Assembly (NCBI GenBank): GCA_964518475.1
Contig: CAZFGR010000008.1
Span: 1-64,000 of the forward strand
DNA from: an uncultured Nitrososphaerota archaeon
GTDB taxonomy: Archaea; Asgardarchaeota; Njordarchaeia; Njordarchaeales; Njordarchaeaceae
Reading direction: 5' to 3'
Length of the DNA: 64,000 nt
Under the pieces are notes generated by a model that was not told the origin of the DNA, did not search any database, and saw nothing but the letters and a program-made list of their open reading frames with translations. Position numbers and translations under genes: made by a program. Shown here in pieces: positions 9,390 through 19,183 of the stretch. Numbering within the stretch: position 1 is the stretch's first letter; every line of letters begins with the position of its first letter.

Positions 9390-10709
9390 TTACGCTTTTT
9401 GGAGAGCCTCTATCAACCTATAATAACCCTCGAGAGCATTCATTAAGTCCTGCTTCCATATCCTCTCATCAGCACCGTGTATTCTATCAATCTCAATCTC
9501 CTTACTTGTTATGAAGAAATGATACGTGGGTATTCCAAGAGACCTTAGCCAAGATGAATCGCTCGACCCAGGCTGAATTGTTGGAATCGGGTTATACCCA
9601 ATCTGCTTTATAGTATCTGTTATTTTCTTAAAGAGTAGTGTGTTTGTTGGAGATATTGTAGCGGGGACATATGTCTGGAGTGTCAATTCATAACTATCCG
9701 TAGCTATCTGAGAGAGTACCGTTTTAAGAAGTCTCTCCACCCACTTATCATCCTGTTCGGGAAAAATCCGCGCATTCACAGTGATTTCCATATAATCTGG
9801 CAAGACATTATGTGCATCCCCCGCCCTTATCATAGTCTTGCTCAATATGATGTGGGAAAGAGCTACTAAGTATCGGGAAAAACTATCACCACGGTTCCTA
9901 GATAGCTTATTTATAAAGAATCTATTCATTAGCAGCTTTATTTTCCAGCCAAAGGTCTCCTCGAGAACATCCTTGAAAGTCTTAGAAATAAAGAATATTT
10001 TACTAGGCAATCTTAGCACGAATTCAGACCCAATTCTCAAGGGACTATACTTATCCTCAGCAATTATTCCTGTGTGTCCCGCGTTCCCCCTACATACAAC
10101 TTTGTACGAGACAGTTCCCTTTTCGCCTATTATAACAGCTTGGCCCTTATTGCCCCTAAATTTTATAAGTCCTCCGAGCTCCCCAACAGCACCATGAATG
10201 TGTTTAAAAATCCTAGGATGTTCTCGTACCAAGAACCTAATTCCATGGTTTTTGCTCTGTATTTCCTCATCAGCAGCTATTATTATTCTTATATTTCCTC
10301 TAAAACTATAATTAATTCTACTGAGAAGTACCGCTAAGTAGGTATAGACAGCGATTTGAGATTTATTATCTAAAGCGCCACGACCGTAAATGTAACCATC
10401 CTTTTCTATGCCAGAGAAGGGATCAATACTCCAGTTATTTCCAGGAGGAACCACATCACTGTGGCCGAGTAATAATAAATTGAACCCCTTTCCTCTTTTT
10501 CCGTTGATATCTATTATTAAGTTTCCTCTTCCCTCTTCGCTTTCTATTAGCTCGAAATCATGAATATCCTCAGCTTCTAGAACATTGATTATTTCGTATG
10601 CTACATCGCTTTCCCTAGCTCCTATAGATGGTATCCTTATAATATTTTTCAGCAATTTGCTGATCTCATCTATCTGTATAAGCTCTTTAGCCTCTTCCCA
10701 AGAAAGCAT
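9390..10709 (-). CDS. M20/M25/M40 family metallopeptidase/deacylase
   Basis: GHSDVVP, YGRGALDNK, ADEE, GSSD, IHGADE. Confidence 0.92.
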   Translation of the reverse strand: MLSWEEAKELIQIDEISKLLKNIIRIPSIGARESDVAYEIINVLEAEDIHDFELIESEEGRGNLIIDINGKRGKGFNLLLLGHSDVVPPGNNWSIDPFSGIEKDGYIYGRGALDNKSQIAVYTYLAVLLSRINYSFRGNIRIIIAADEEIQSKNHGIRFLVREHPRIFKHIHGAVGELGGLIKFRGNKGQAVIIGEKGTVSYKVVCRGNAGHTGIIAEDKYSPLRIGSEFVLRLPSKIFFISKTFKDVLEETFGWKIKLLMNRFFINKLSRNRGDSFSRYLVALSHIILSKTMIRAGDAHNVLPDYMEITVNARIFPEQDDKWVERLLKTVLSQIATDSYELTLQTYVPATISPTNTLLFKKITDTIKQIGYNPIPTIQPGSSDSSWLRSLGIPTYHFFITSKEIEIDRIHGADERIWKQDLMNALEGYYRLIEALQKA

Positions 10710-10873
10710 ATGAAAAACCCATAATTAGTTCTACAATATTCTTTTCAAGAAATATTATAACGTGACAGAGAACTAGCCGTTACTGGATGCTATGAGAAAA
10801 CCTTTAAGAGTTCATTACAAGTTCTAATACTTAGTTTTATCCTAGAAATAAAATCTTGTCATGCGGTGTTGTG

Positions 10874-11851
10874 ATGATTCTTATTAATTATGAAAAGGTA
10901 CAGGATTTTGCTTCTAGACTCAAAAATATGAAGATTTCCGTAAGTGATTTCGCCGATGGCGTCTGTTTTCCTAGAAAGGATGCTAATGAGAAAGATGTTC
11001 TCAATTTCTTTTTCTTCATAGTTGCTATTGATCATAGAACATCTAGAAATGATTCCTTTATAGGGGAAGTTGATGGGGTGGTTTATCGAGGAAGCGATCT
11101 TCTCTATAGATTAGCTATGAATAAATTTATTGAGAATCCCTCATTTTTTGAGCCCTCTCGCATAGCCAAGTTAACTCTTAGGGAGGCTAAGGAGATATTC
11201 TCTGTTAAAAAGCCCGTAGAGAAGGTCGTAGAGGGAATCGAGTTAAGAGTATTTCTCCTACGTGATGCTGCTACGAAACTCATGAAACTATACGATGGTG
11301 GACTAGATTCTTTGTTAAGAAGCACTGATAATTATCTCTACAAAGATCCAGATGGAGGATTTATCGAGAAATTAAGAATCTTCAGGGCTTATGAAGATCC
11401 CGTAGAGAAAAAGCCTTTGCTACTGGCGAAGTTCTTAGAGCGTAGAGGAATTTTAAGAATAAGGGATCCCGAGAACAAACACGTGCCAGTGGATAATCAC
11501 TTAGTGAGGATAGCGATTAGGACGGGACTTGTGAAAATAATTGATAAAAATCTCTACGAGACATTCCGTTGGAAAAGAGAAGCTTCTTGGGAAGAGGATG
11601 TAATTATTAGATTAGTGATAAGGAAAAGTTATGACCTCGTTTCAAAAGAGGCTTCCATTGACCCATTCATACTAGATGACTTCTTATGGAGCTTTGGACG
11701 AACAGTTTGTTTACCAAGAAACCCTAGATGTGAATTATCTAACAAATATGACCCAGTAAAGTGTCCTCTAGCAGAGATCTGCGAAGCATATAGAGAAAAC
11801 GAGAAGAAGACCTTGAGGGAACATCTATACTTCTCTACATGGTATTACTGA
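10874..11851 (+). CDS. HhH-GPD-like / queuosine-salvage (DUF2419)-like protein with C-terminal 4-Cys Fe-S-type motif
   Basis: AIDHRT, DPVEKK, VPVDNHLVRIAIRTG, LDDFLWSFGRTVC-x6-C-x10-C-x5-C. Confidence 0.6.
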   Translation: MILINYEKVQDFASRLKNMKISVSDFADGVCFPRKDANEKDVLNFFFFIVAIDHRTSRNDSFIGEVDGVVYRGSDLLYRLAMNKFIENPSFFEPSRIAKLTLREAKEIFSVKKPVEKVVEGIELRVFLLRDAATKLMKLYDGGLDSLLRSTDNYLYKDPDGGFIEKLRIFRAYEDPVEKKPLLLAKFLERRGILRIRDPENKHVPVDNHLVRIAIRTGLVKIIDKNLYETFRWKREASWEEDVIIRLVIRKSYDLVSKEASIDPFILDDFLWSFGRTVCLPRNPRCELSNKYDPVKCPLAEICEAYRENEKKTLREHLYFSTWYY

Positions 11852-11956
11852 AAAAACATTCACTAACTCAAATCTTGTCAAGAATTTCTAGAGAGTCAGG
11901 CCTTTGGTTAAAAGAGGGATAGATTTTTTAGAATAGTTTTATCACAAGCCTAATAG

Positions 11957-12616
11957 GTGAGGGCTATGGAGGAGTCGGTAGAAAGGTTGAAAGAGGAGAT
12001 TGTTAAGGTCGGGAAATATCTGCTTGATAAGGATCTTACGATAGGTTCTTCAGGTAATATAAGTGTGAGGGTTCGAGAGAAGGAACTTGTCTTGATAACA
12101 CCTAGTGGCGTGCCCTTTGATATCATGAAACCTAATGATATAGTAGTTGTGGACATGAATGGGGAGGTAGTGGAAGGGGAGCGAAACCCGTCAACAGAAA
12201 TGCCTACTCATCTCAGGATATATAAGGAGAGGAAAGATGTAAACGCTATTATTCACGCCCACGCAATCTATACAGGAGCACTCGCAGCCACTCACACATC
12301 AATCCCAGCAGTACTTGATGAGATGATACTTTATCTGGGTGGCGAAGTTGAAGTGGCGGAGTATGCACCACCAGGAACTGAGGAATTAGCTGAGAACGCC
12401 GTAAAGGCGCTTGGTAGAAAAAAAGCGGTCATTCTAGCTAATCATGGCGTACTAGTTTGTGGAAAGGATTTAAAGGACACATTAGAGATTCTTCTCAGAG
12501 TTGAACGTGTTGCTAGAATCTATATCCTATCAAAAATCATTGGAGAGCCTAAGAAATTGCCTAAAGAAGCTATAGAGCATGAGTTAGAGATATACGAGTT
12601 GCTCCTAGAGGGTTAG
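11957..12616 (+). CDS. Class II aldolase/adducin family (FucA-like)
   Basis: GNISVR, ITPSG, PSTE..H, HAH, LANHG zinc-binding motifs. Confidence 0.93.
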   Translation: MRAMEESVERLKEEIVKVGKYLLDKDLTIGSSGNISVRVREKELVLITPSGVPFDIMKPNDIVVVDMNGEVVEGERNPSTEMPTHLRIYKERKDVNAIIHAHAIYTGALAATHTSIPAVLDEMILYLGGEVEVAEYAPPGTEELAENAVKALGRKKAVILANHGVLVCGKDLKDTLEILLRVERVARIYILSKIIGEPKKLPKEAIEHELEIYELLLEG

Positions 12617-12620
12617 GGGT

Positions 12621-13589
12621 ATGGAGTATGCGGAACTTGGTAGAACGGGTATAAAAATCTCTAGGATTGGGATAGGAACTTGGCAGTGGGGCTCGTCTTC
12701 ATGGGGTTATGGAAAAGAATATACTGAGGAAGATCTTAGACAAGCTTTCGAAACGGCTATTGAGTATGGGATAAACTTTATTGATACGGCAGAGATGTAT
12801 GGAGGAGGAAAGAGCGAAGAACTCATAGGAGAGTTTATGGAAGGGAGAAGAGAAGAGGTAATAGTCGCTTCCAAGGTATCGCCTAACCACTTAACTTACC
12901 GAGGCGTTTTGAAAGCTTTTGAATGCAGCAGTATAAGACTGAGAACAGATTATATCGACTTGTACTATGTACACTGGCCGAATCCACTCATCCCAATGAA
13001 GTGGACCGCTAAGGCGTTTCTAGAACTATTGGAACAAGGTAAGATAAGAGCAATAGGGGTCAGTAACTTTAGTTTGAAGAGGATGATAAAGTTTAACGAA
13101 TTAGTCGGGAATCAGCTTGCAGCTAATCAGGTAGAATATAACTTGCTTCATAGAGAGCCCGAGAAGGATCTCCTCCCCTATTGCTTAGAACATGGAATCA
13201 CTCTAGTCGCCTATAGTCCCCTAGCAAAAGGTGCAGTTCTAGGCAAGTATAATGAGAAAAGCCTCCCAAAAGATTTTTGGAGAAGACTTAGCACGATTTT
13301 TACTCCAGTCAATATGAGGAGACTACGACCGTTGATAAATACTATAAAGGAGATAGCCGATAACTATGGCGTAAAACCAGTGAATGTTGTTCTTAGATAC
13401 TTGATAGATAAAGGTGCTATACCTATAATCGGTGTCAAGAGGAAGAGCCATGTAGAGGATCTAGTCCTAACCTTTGACTTTAACATGACCAGTGACGAGA
13501 GAAAGCTTTTAGAAGAAAAATTAGATAGTTTGAGACTTGTTAGATGGAGAGCTTATCCTTGGGTTATAAAAAGGGTTATAAAACCCTAA
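12621..13589 (+). CDS. Aldo/keto reductase
   Basis: GIGTWQWG, IDTAEMYG, SK, DLYYVHWP, IGVSNF, YSPLAKG. Confidence 0.95.
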   Translation: MEYAELGRTGIKISRIGIGTWQWGSSSWGYGKEYTEEDLRQAFETAIEYGINFIDTAEMYGGGKSEELIGEFMEGRREEVIVASKVSPNHLTYRGVLKAFECSSIRLRTDYIDLYYVHWPNPLIPMKWTAKAFLELLEQGKIRAIGVSNFSLKRMIKFNELVGNQLAANQVEYNLLHREPEKDLLPYCLEHGITLVAYSPLAKGAVLGKYNEKSLPKDFWRRLSTIFTPVNMRRLRPLINTIKEIADNYGVKPVNVVLRYLIDKGAIPIIGVKRKSHVEDLVLTFDFNMTSDERKLLEEKLDSLRLVRWRAYPWVIKRVIKP

Positions 13590-15415
13590 GCACCTTCCCA
13601 TAATAGCTCTGCCAAATCCCTTAAGCCTAATTTTTCTAGCACTTCTTTCTTAGGTTTTCCAGTATCCCAGTCCCATCCTCGCAACTTATAGTACTCCATT
13701 AAAGCAGTTTCTAGTTGATCTTTAGGAGATTGCCCAGCAATAGCCCCCTTCTCGTAGGGTTTTAAGACGATTTCTGGTAGTGAGTCATCTTTTCTAGATA
13801 TTCCATATAGGTTGTTTATACCTCTTTTCAAATTATAGATACGCTCTCCGATATTGTATAGTTTTTCTGGAGAAAAGTCCCACCCTGTGGCTAAGCTAAG
13901 TAGCTTAGAGATCTCTTTAGATGTTAGGTTTGTAAAGATGCACAAAATCAGGGAATTGAAGACTTCTCTAAGATTTTGAATCCCGATTATACTTGGGACT
14001 CTCTCAATGAGATTTTGTTGTTCTCCCAGAGTTAGATTGAAATATTCATCCTCTAACACTCCCATATCAACTGTGTAAGCATCTCCCCTTAAGTGGCATG
14101 CTCCTCTATTACCTGTCATGTAAACTAATGCCATGCTAAAGAATGCTCTTGGATCATGCATGGGTATCTCCAAACCCTTCACGTGAGCTGCTTCATTGGC
14201 GTTGATACCGAGTTTCTCAGCAATATTCTTAACACCCTCCGCTAGCAAGTCCCCAATATCTTCCCGATACGCAATCTTCTTAATAACCTCTATCAACCCG
14301 TCACCATCTCCCCAAGAAATCCTGATTTTCTCTCTATTAAATACTCCTTTTTCAATCAAGTAGTTTAGGAAACTAATGCTTACCCCAGTTGAGATCGTGT
14401 CTAATCCAAGATCATTACAGAGATGATTGGCTAGGACAATCTTCTCAATATCCATCACCAGATTTAGTGACCCAAGAGCAGCTAAGGTTTCGTATTCAGG
14501 ACCATGAACTATTTTCTCGCCCAATCTAATCTCTCTACCACAACCAATAGGGCATGCGAAGCAAGCTTTTGGCCTCACTTGGAATAATTCATTTAGTTTC
14601 GACCCAGAAAGGCTCTCTGGGTCAAAATCTAGACTCGTAAAATATTTTCCCGGAATATCGCCTAATTCGTATCCGACCTCGAAGTAACTCGCAGTACCTA
14701 ATTCTCTTAGCGTTCTGGATACTAGCGAATCAGCGATTTCCTTGAATAAATTTCGGGCATACTCATAGAATTCTGATGAGTATACTTGGATACTCTTCTC
14801 CCCTCTTACCGCTATAGCTTTCAGGTTCTTCCAACCCATAACAGCGCCAAGTCCCGTTCTCCCAGCAGCTCTTCCATCATCATTTATAATAGCCGCGTAC
14901 TTAACTAAGTTTTCACCTGCGGGCCCGATGCATGCGATTCTGAATTCCTTACCGTGGTTCTTCTTGATGATTTTCATTGTTTCATAGACTCCTAGGCCCC
15001 ATAATTCTTCCCCATCCTCAAAGATAACATCCTCTCCATCGATAAGAATATATACAGGCTTCTCGCTCTTGCCCACGAACATTAATCCGTCATACCCCGT
15101 TCTCCTCAATTCTGCTCCAAAGAACCCACCGGAAGTAGCCTCTCCTAAGATCCCTGTAAGAGGCGAGAGTGAAATCACTGCATGCCTGCCGCTAGCAGGG
15201 GCTAGAGTCCCAGTTAAGGGACCAGTCATAAATATTAATGGATTTTCCTCAGAGAAAGGAGCGACTTTTTGGCCTCTTGTGTATTTGAGAAAAAGATATG
15301 CTCCTAGTCCTGCGCCGCCAATAAAGTTTTTAAGCATGTTTTCTTTGAGTTCTAGGATCTCTAGATTTTTCTTAGATAAATTAATTATAAGGATTTTTCC
15401 ATGATAGCCGTACAT
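13586..15415 (-). CDS. aor: Aldehyde:ferredoxin oxidoreductase family (tungsten)
   Basis: FIGGAGLG, IGPAGENLV, AGRTGLGAVMG, CFACPIGC, GPEYET, DLGLDTIS, RGACHL. Confidence 0.95.
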   Translation of the reverse strand: MYGYHGKILIINLSKKNLEILELKENMLKNFIGGAGLGAYLFLKYTRGQKVAPFSEENPLIFMTGPLTGTLAPASGRHAVISLSPLTGILGEATSGGFFGAELRRTGYDGLMFVGKSEKPVYILIDGEDVIFEDGEELWGLGVYETMKIIKKNHGKEFRIACIGPAGENLVKYAAIINDDGRAAGRTGLGAVMGWKNLKAIAVRGEKSIQVYSSEFYEYARNLFKEIADSLVSRTLRELGTASYFEVGYELGDIPGKYFTSLDFDPESLSGSKLNELFQVRPKACFACPIGCGREIRLGEKIVHGPEYETLAALGSLNLVMDIEKIVLANHLCNDLGLDTISTGVSISFLNYLIEKGVFNREKIRISWGDGDGLIEVIKKIAYREDIGDLLAEGVKNIAEKLGINANEAAHVKGLEIPMHDPRAFFSMALVYMTGNRGACHLRGDAYTVDMGVLEDEYFNLTLGEQQNLIERVPSIIGIQNLREVFNSLILCIFTNLTSKEISKLLSLATGWDFSPEKLYNIGERIYNLKRGINNLYGISRKDDSLPEIVLKPYEKGAIAGQSPKDQLETALMEYYKLRGWDWDTGKPKKEVLEKLGLRDLAELLWEGA

Positions 15416-15433
15416 GATGTATAGTCCCCCTTA

Positions 15434-16945
15434 CTACAAGTGTTTATTAACTCTCTCATAATAGTCACGCCAATCCATATATTTATTTCTCAAGGCACTT
15501 ACTTTATCATCGTCTGGTTTTATCTCCTTACAAGGTACTAGGGTCTTCAACGCTTCTTCAATACTTGAGAATATGCCTGCGTTGGTATATATTATGGCAG
15601 CACATGCGAGAGCCGAACCATTATGTTTAGAGGTTACTCTACATTTCTCTCCCAATGCTGATGCTAGTAGGGTATTAAAACCACCTATTCTAGTAACTCC
15701 ACCCGTTAATCCTACGCTCGATTCTTTTCTTCCTATAATTTCCCTGACTTGTTCTATATTACCTATCAATGCAAATACTAATGATTCTACAAAACCATAG
15801 GCTAAAGTCTCTAGAGTCTCTTTCTTCCCAAACGGAATGGATGGATTAGGAAGAATTATCGTGGAAAAGATTTTATAATCCATCATACGGCTAGAGTCCA
15901 TTATATTTTCCCCAAAATAGAACTTGGCTAAAGACTGTTCTGGTGCGGCTTTTTCTATAACGTTACTTAGCCACTTGTACGGCTCTTCTAGCTCTTTTAG
16001 AAAGCTTTTTATAAACCAATCAATAAGTCCACCAAAGGTTCCAGTATTGCTTTCGACAACCCACTTGCTTTCCATTATATACTTCTCGGTCCATAATCTC
16101 CTCTTGGGATCTACTACTGGTTTATCATAGATGCCTTGTACAGGAGCGGTATACCCAATAACGCAACCCACATCTCCAACATCAAACGCTTGAGTAGCCA
16201 GAGTCCCGAACTGTGTGTCTCCTCCCCCTAAGAAGACTGGAACATCTCTAAAGATATGGAGCTTATCTTTTACGTCCTCTCTCAGGTACCCAGCTAGTTC
16301 TCCAGTTCTTTTTATCTCTGGTAACAAGCTACCCTCAATCCCAAATATTGATAAAATTTCCTTGTCCCATTTGCAACTTTTGATATTCATGAGCATTGTG
16401 GCCGAGGAAATAGTTGGTTCTGTTAAAAATTCACCCGTCAAGAGATATATTATAGCATCGTGAATAGACATTATTTTGTCTATCTTCTCCACTAATTCTT
16501 TTTCATTCTCCACAAACCACATATAACGATAAGGCGTGAATAGGAATGGTGGATAGTGGCCAGTTTTATTATAGATCTTCTCTAGATCTTCGCTAGATAA
16601 TTGAAAATCAACTAGTGCTCCTCTAGAATCAATATTTGGCCCAAAGTACAGTATATTATCATCCTTGTCCATGAACACAGCGTTCATTCTCTGGGAAATA
16701 CATGAGATCCCGACTAGCTTCTCTCTGCTCTCTCCAACCTCCATAAAGAGTTCATTAATCAATCCTATTAGTAAGTCTCCTAGGTTTTTTTCCCCATATT
16801 CTATAACATTAGGAAAGAGTTCGTCAGATACGATGGTCCATCGCTTTAATACACTTGCTAACGTGTTTCCTTCCTTATCTATCAGAAACATTTTCAAGGC
16901 ACTGGATCCAGCATCGATTATTAGAACAAGCTTCTCCTTTTTCAC
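15434..16945 (-). CDS. FGGY-family carbohydrate kinase, LsrK-like
   Basis: IDAGSS, SQR...GPNIDSRG, GGGDTQ, LTGG. Confidence 0.88.
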   Translation of the reverse strand: MKKEKLVLIIDAGSSALKMFLIDKEGNTLASVLKRWTIVSDELFPNVIEYGEKNLGDLLIGLINELFMEVGESREKLVGISCISQRMNAVFMDKDDNILYFGPNIDSRGALVDFQLSSEDLEKIYNKTGHYPPFLFTPYRYMWFVENEKELVEKIDKIMSIHDAIIYLLTGEFLTEPTISSATMLMNIKSCKWDKEILSIFGIEGSLLPEIKRTGELAGYLREDVKDKLHIFRDVPVFLGGGDTQFGTLATQAFDVGDVGCVIGYTAPVQGIYDKPVVDPKRRLWTEKYIMESKWVVESNTGTFGGLIDWFIKSFLKELEEPYKWLSNVIEKAAPEQSLAKFYFGENIMDSSRMMDYKIFSTIILPNPSIPFGKKETLETLAYGFVESLVFALIGNIEQVREIIGRKESSVGLTGGVTRIGGFNTLLASALGEKCRVTSKHNGSALACAAIIYTNAGIFSSIEEALKTLVPCKEIKPDDDKVSALRNKYMDWRDYYERVNKHL

Positions 16946-17949
16946 GTTTTCAGAGCCTCCTTATTGTAGAGAAATTTCGGTTTCTCTCCCTTCAAGATCC
17001 GTATTATGTCGTAGGCAATCATGTAGGAGTGAATCTTAATAGTCTCGTAACTAGCTCCACCGATATGGGGGGTCAGAACAACATTATCCAATTGGAGAAA
17101 TCTATTAGTAGAATCTATGGGCTCCTCCGCAGAGACGTCCAAACCGGCACCAGCTATCCATCCCTCTTTGAGAGCCCTAAATAACGCATCCTCATCAACG
17201 ACTACGGAACTAGCTGTGTTTATCAAGATAGCATTATTCTTCATCTTTTTCAGTTCCTCTTCCCCGATCATATCGATTGTTTCCTCCGTCGGGGGAACAT
17301 GAATCGTAACAATATCCGATTCTTGGAGAAGCTCTTCCAAAGAAACTCTTCTTGCCCTCACACATCTTATTTTTTCATCACTCACATAAGGATCATACAC
17401 AAGCAGTTTTACACCGAAGCCTCTAAGCTTTTTAGCCACTCTATACCCTATCTTTCCAAGTCCTATAATACCAACAGTCTTCCCAGAGAGTTCTGCTCCT
17501 CTTAAACTTTCGTAAAATTCTGCGAATTTCTCGAAAGAATCAATAACTATTTTCCCAGATCTAAGCAATCGATCAGCACGAATAATTTTTCTAAGAACAG
17601 CCAGCATTAGCGCAATAGTTAATTCAGCGACGGCATTAGCATTTCTCCCTGGCGTGTATAGAACATAAACTCCTTTCCTATTAGCCGCTTCAATGTCAAT
17701 ATTCTTGCTTGGATCATTCCTACAAATACCAATAATTCTTAGAGCCGTGTTATCTATTATTTTATCGGACACATATTCAAGCTCAACAACAAGTATATCA
17801 CAAGAGTCCTTGTTGAGAATCTCTATAAGCTCTTTCTCCCCAAGAATCCGCTTACTCCTGATCCATGGATGATAAGATACCTTGATATCATTCTCCTCTA
17901 ACAACTTAAGAGCTGACGAGTAAAACGGAGCGGTGATAAAAGCCTTCAT
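16942..17949 (-). CDS. D-isomer-specific 2-hydroxyacid dehydrogenase family (SerA2-like)
   Basis: PGRNANAVAE, GLGKIG, YDPY, GLDV..EP, TPHIGG; ATG at 17949 is more plausible than the ORF-track start. Confidence 0.92.
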   Translation of the reverse strand: MKAFITAPFYSSALKLLEENDIKVSYHPWIRSKRILGEKELIEILNKDSCDILVVELEYVSDKIIDNTALRIIGICRNDPSKNIDIEAANRKGVYVLYTPGRNANAVAELTIALMLAVLRKIIRADRLLRSGKIVIDSFEKFAEFYESLRGAELSGKTVGIIGLGKIGYRVAKKLRGFGVKLLVYDPYVSDEKIRCVRARRVSLEELLQESDIVTIHVPPTEETIDMIGEEELKKMKNNAILINTASSVVVDEDALFRALKEGWIAGAGLDVSAEEPIDSTNRFLQLDNVVLTPHIGGASYETIKIHSYMIAYDIIRILKGEKPKFLYNKEALKT

Positions 17950-17971
17950 AGCAACACCGAAAAAAAAATAT

Positions 17972-18298
17972 TTAGAAAAGAACCTTGCGTAGTTTGAGAA
18001 GATCACTAGCAGAGCCTTTTATTTTTATTTTTCCAGTCATGTAGGCTTTGACTGGACTCATAGACTTATTTATTACTTTTACGAAAGTTTCAGAATCCAT
18101 CGTAATAGTGACGTCGGGTGCTTCAATACTTCCCGGCTCAAATTTCTTAAGCTCACCATTCTCAATCTCTAAAATATATGAAGCGTTCCTATCCGGGAAA
18201 TTCAACAAGATAGTCTTTGAGAAACCACTTAAAGAACTTTTAATACTGGGATCAGAAAAACGTTCCTTTACAATATTTATGGCTTCTTCAAAACTCAT
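17972..18298 (-). CDS. SCP2 sterol/lipid-binding domain protein
   Basis: PDVTITMDSETF...MSPVKAYMTGKIKIKG signature. Confidence 0.9.
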   Translation of the reverse strand: MSFEEAINIVKERFSDPSIKSSLSGFSKTILLNFPDRNASYILEIENGELKKFEPGSIEAPDVTITMDSETFVKVINKSMSPVKAYMTGKIKIKGSASDLLKLRKVLF

Positions 18299-18517
18299 AA
18301 GGGTTCCCCACCTAATTAAACCGATTAAGGAACGAAATTCATAGGAAGATGATGGGTTATTGGTTTAAAAAATATAACTAACGACAGTTCTAAACTGATA
18401 TACTTTTAACTCAGAAACAGAACTAGGAATAAAAAACTATTTCATATGTCGGGCAAATTCTAAATAGTATATAGAACTGGTTTAAGAGATACGAACAGAA
18501 GCTTATCAGTAAGGATA

Positions 18518-18769
18518 GTGAAAGAGAAAATTGTGAAGGTAGGAGAGCACTACACAATAGTTATTCCTAAAGAAATTAGGAGGGAGCTAGGAATAAAGAA
18601 GGGGCAATTAATAAGGGTTATCAGTGATGGGAAAAGAATTATCTTAGAGCCTATTTTCGAGAACCCGTTCGAGATTTTCGAGAGAATCTTAGGAGACTTC
18701 GTATACTCCCGCGAAACGCGTAAAGAAGCTGAGGAAGAACTACTGAAAAACGCCCTAGAATTTGCTTAA
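18518..18769 (+). CDS. AbrB/MazE/SpoVT-family antitoxin
   Basis: IVKVGEHYTIVIPKEIRRELGIKKG. Confidence 0.88.
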   Translation: MKEKIVKVGEHYTIVIPKEIRRELGIKKGQLIRVISDGKRIILEPIFENPFEIFERILGDFVYSRETRKEAEEELLKNALEFA

Positions 18770-19100
18770 AAAGATAAGAGATGGGGAATCAAGAAACGTA
18801 TTTATCAGCGACACAGCTATTCTGGAGCTCGTAATGGTGCTGAAGGCTAAGGGGTTCACTATCGATGAGATGCTAACACTATTGGGCGCGCTTAAGGCGA
18901 TTATGAGAAAATACTCTATTAAACAGGTCAAAACATTAGACTTGGATACACTCGTTCTAACACTGGAATTCATGAAAAGAGGAGCATCGCTCTTCGACGC
19001 ATTACTAGCAGCATCCGCGAAATCTCTCGATAATACCATAATATCAGATGACAAAATCTACGACAGACTAGGCATTACTAGAATACCCCTCAGAAAATAG
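18762..19100 (+). pseudogene. vapC: PIN-domain (VapC) toxin lacking its N-terminal strand and first catalytic Asp
   Basis: Has ILELV, FDALLAA and ISDD motifs but no N-terminal DTN motif; in-frame TAG just upstream. Confidence 0.7.
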
Positions 19101-19183
19101 TAAAGAATGTTCGTTACATAATCTAGAGAGCTTTTAGCATTGCCGTTTAAAAACAGGATACTTAGATAGCATTATAGCTTGTC

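Noticed and set aside
17972-18298. SCP2 as proof of Asgard affiliation or sterol synthesis
   Set aside because: SCP2 domains are widespread in prokaryotes; no marker genes here allow a taxonomic assignment
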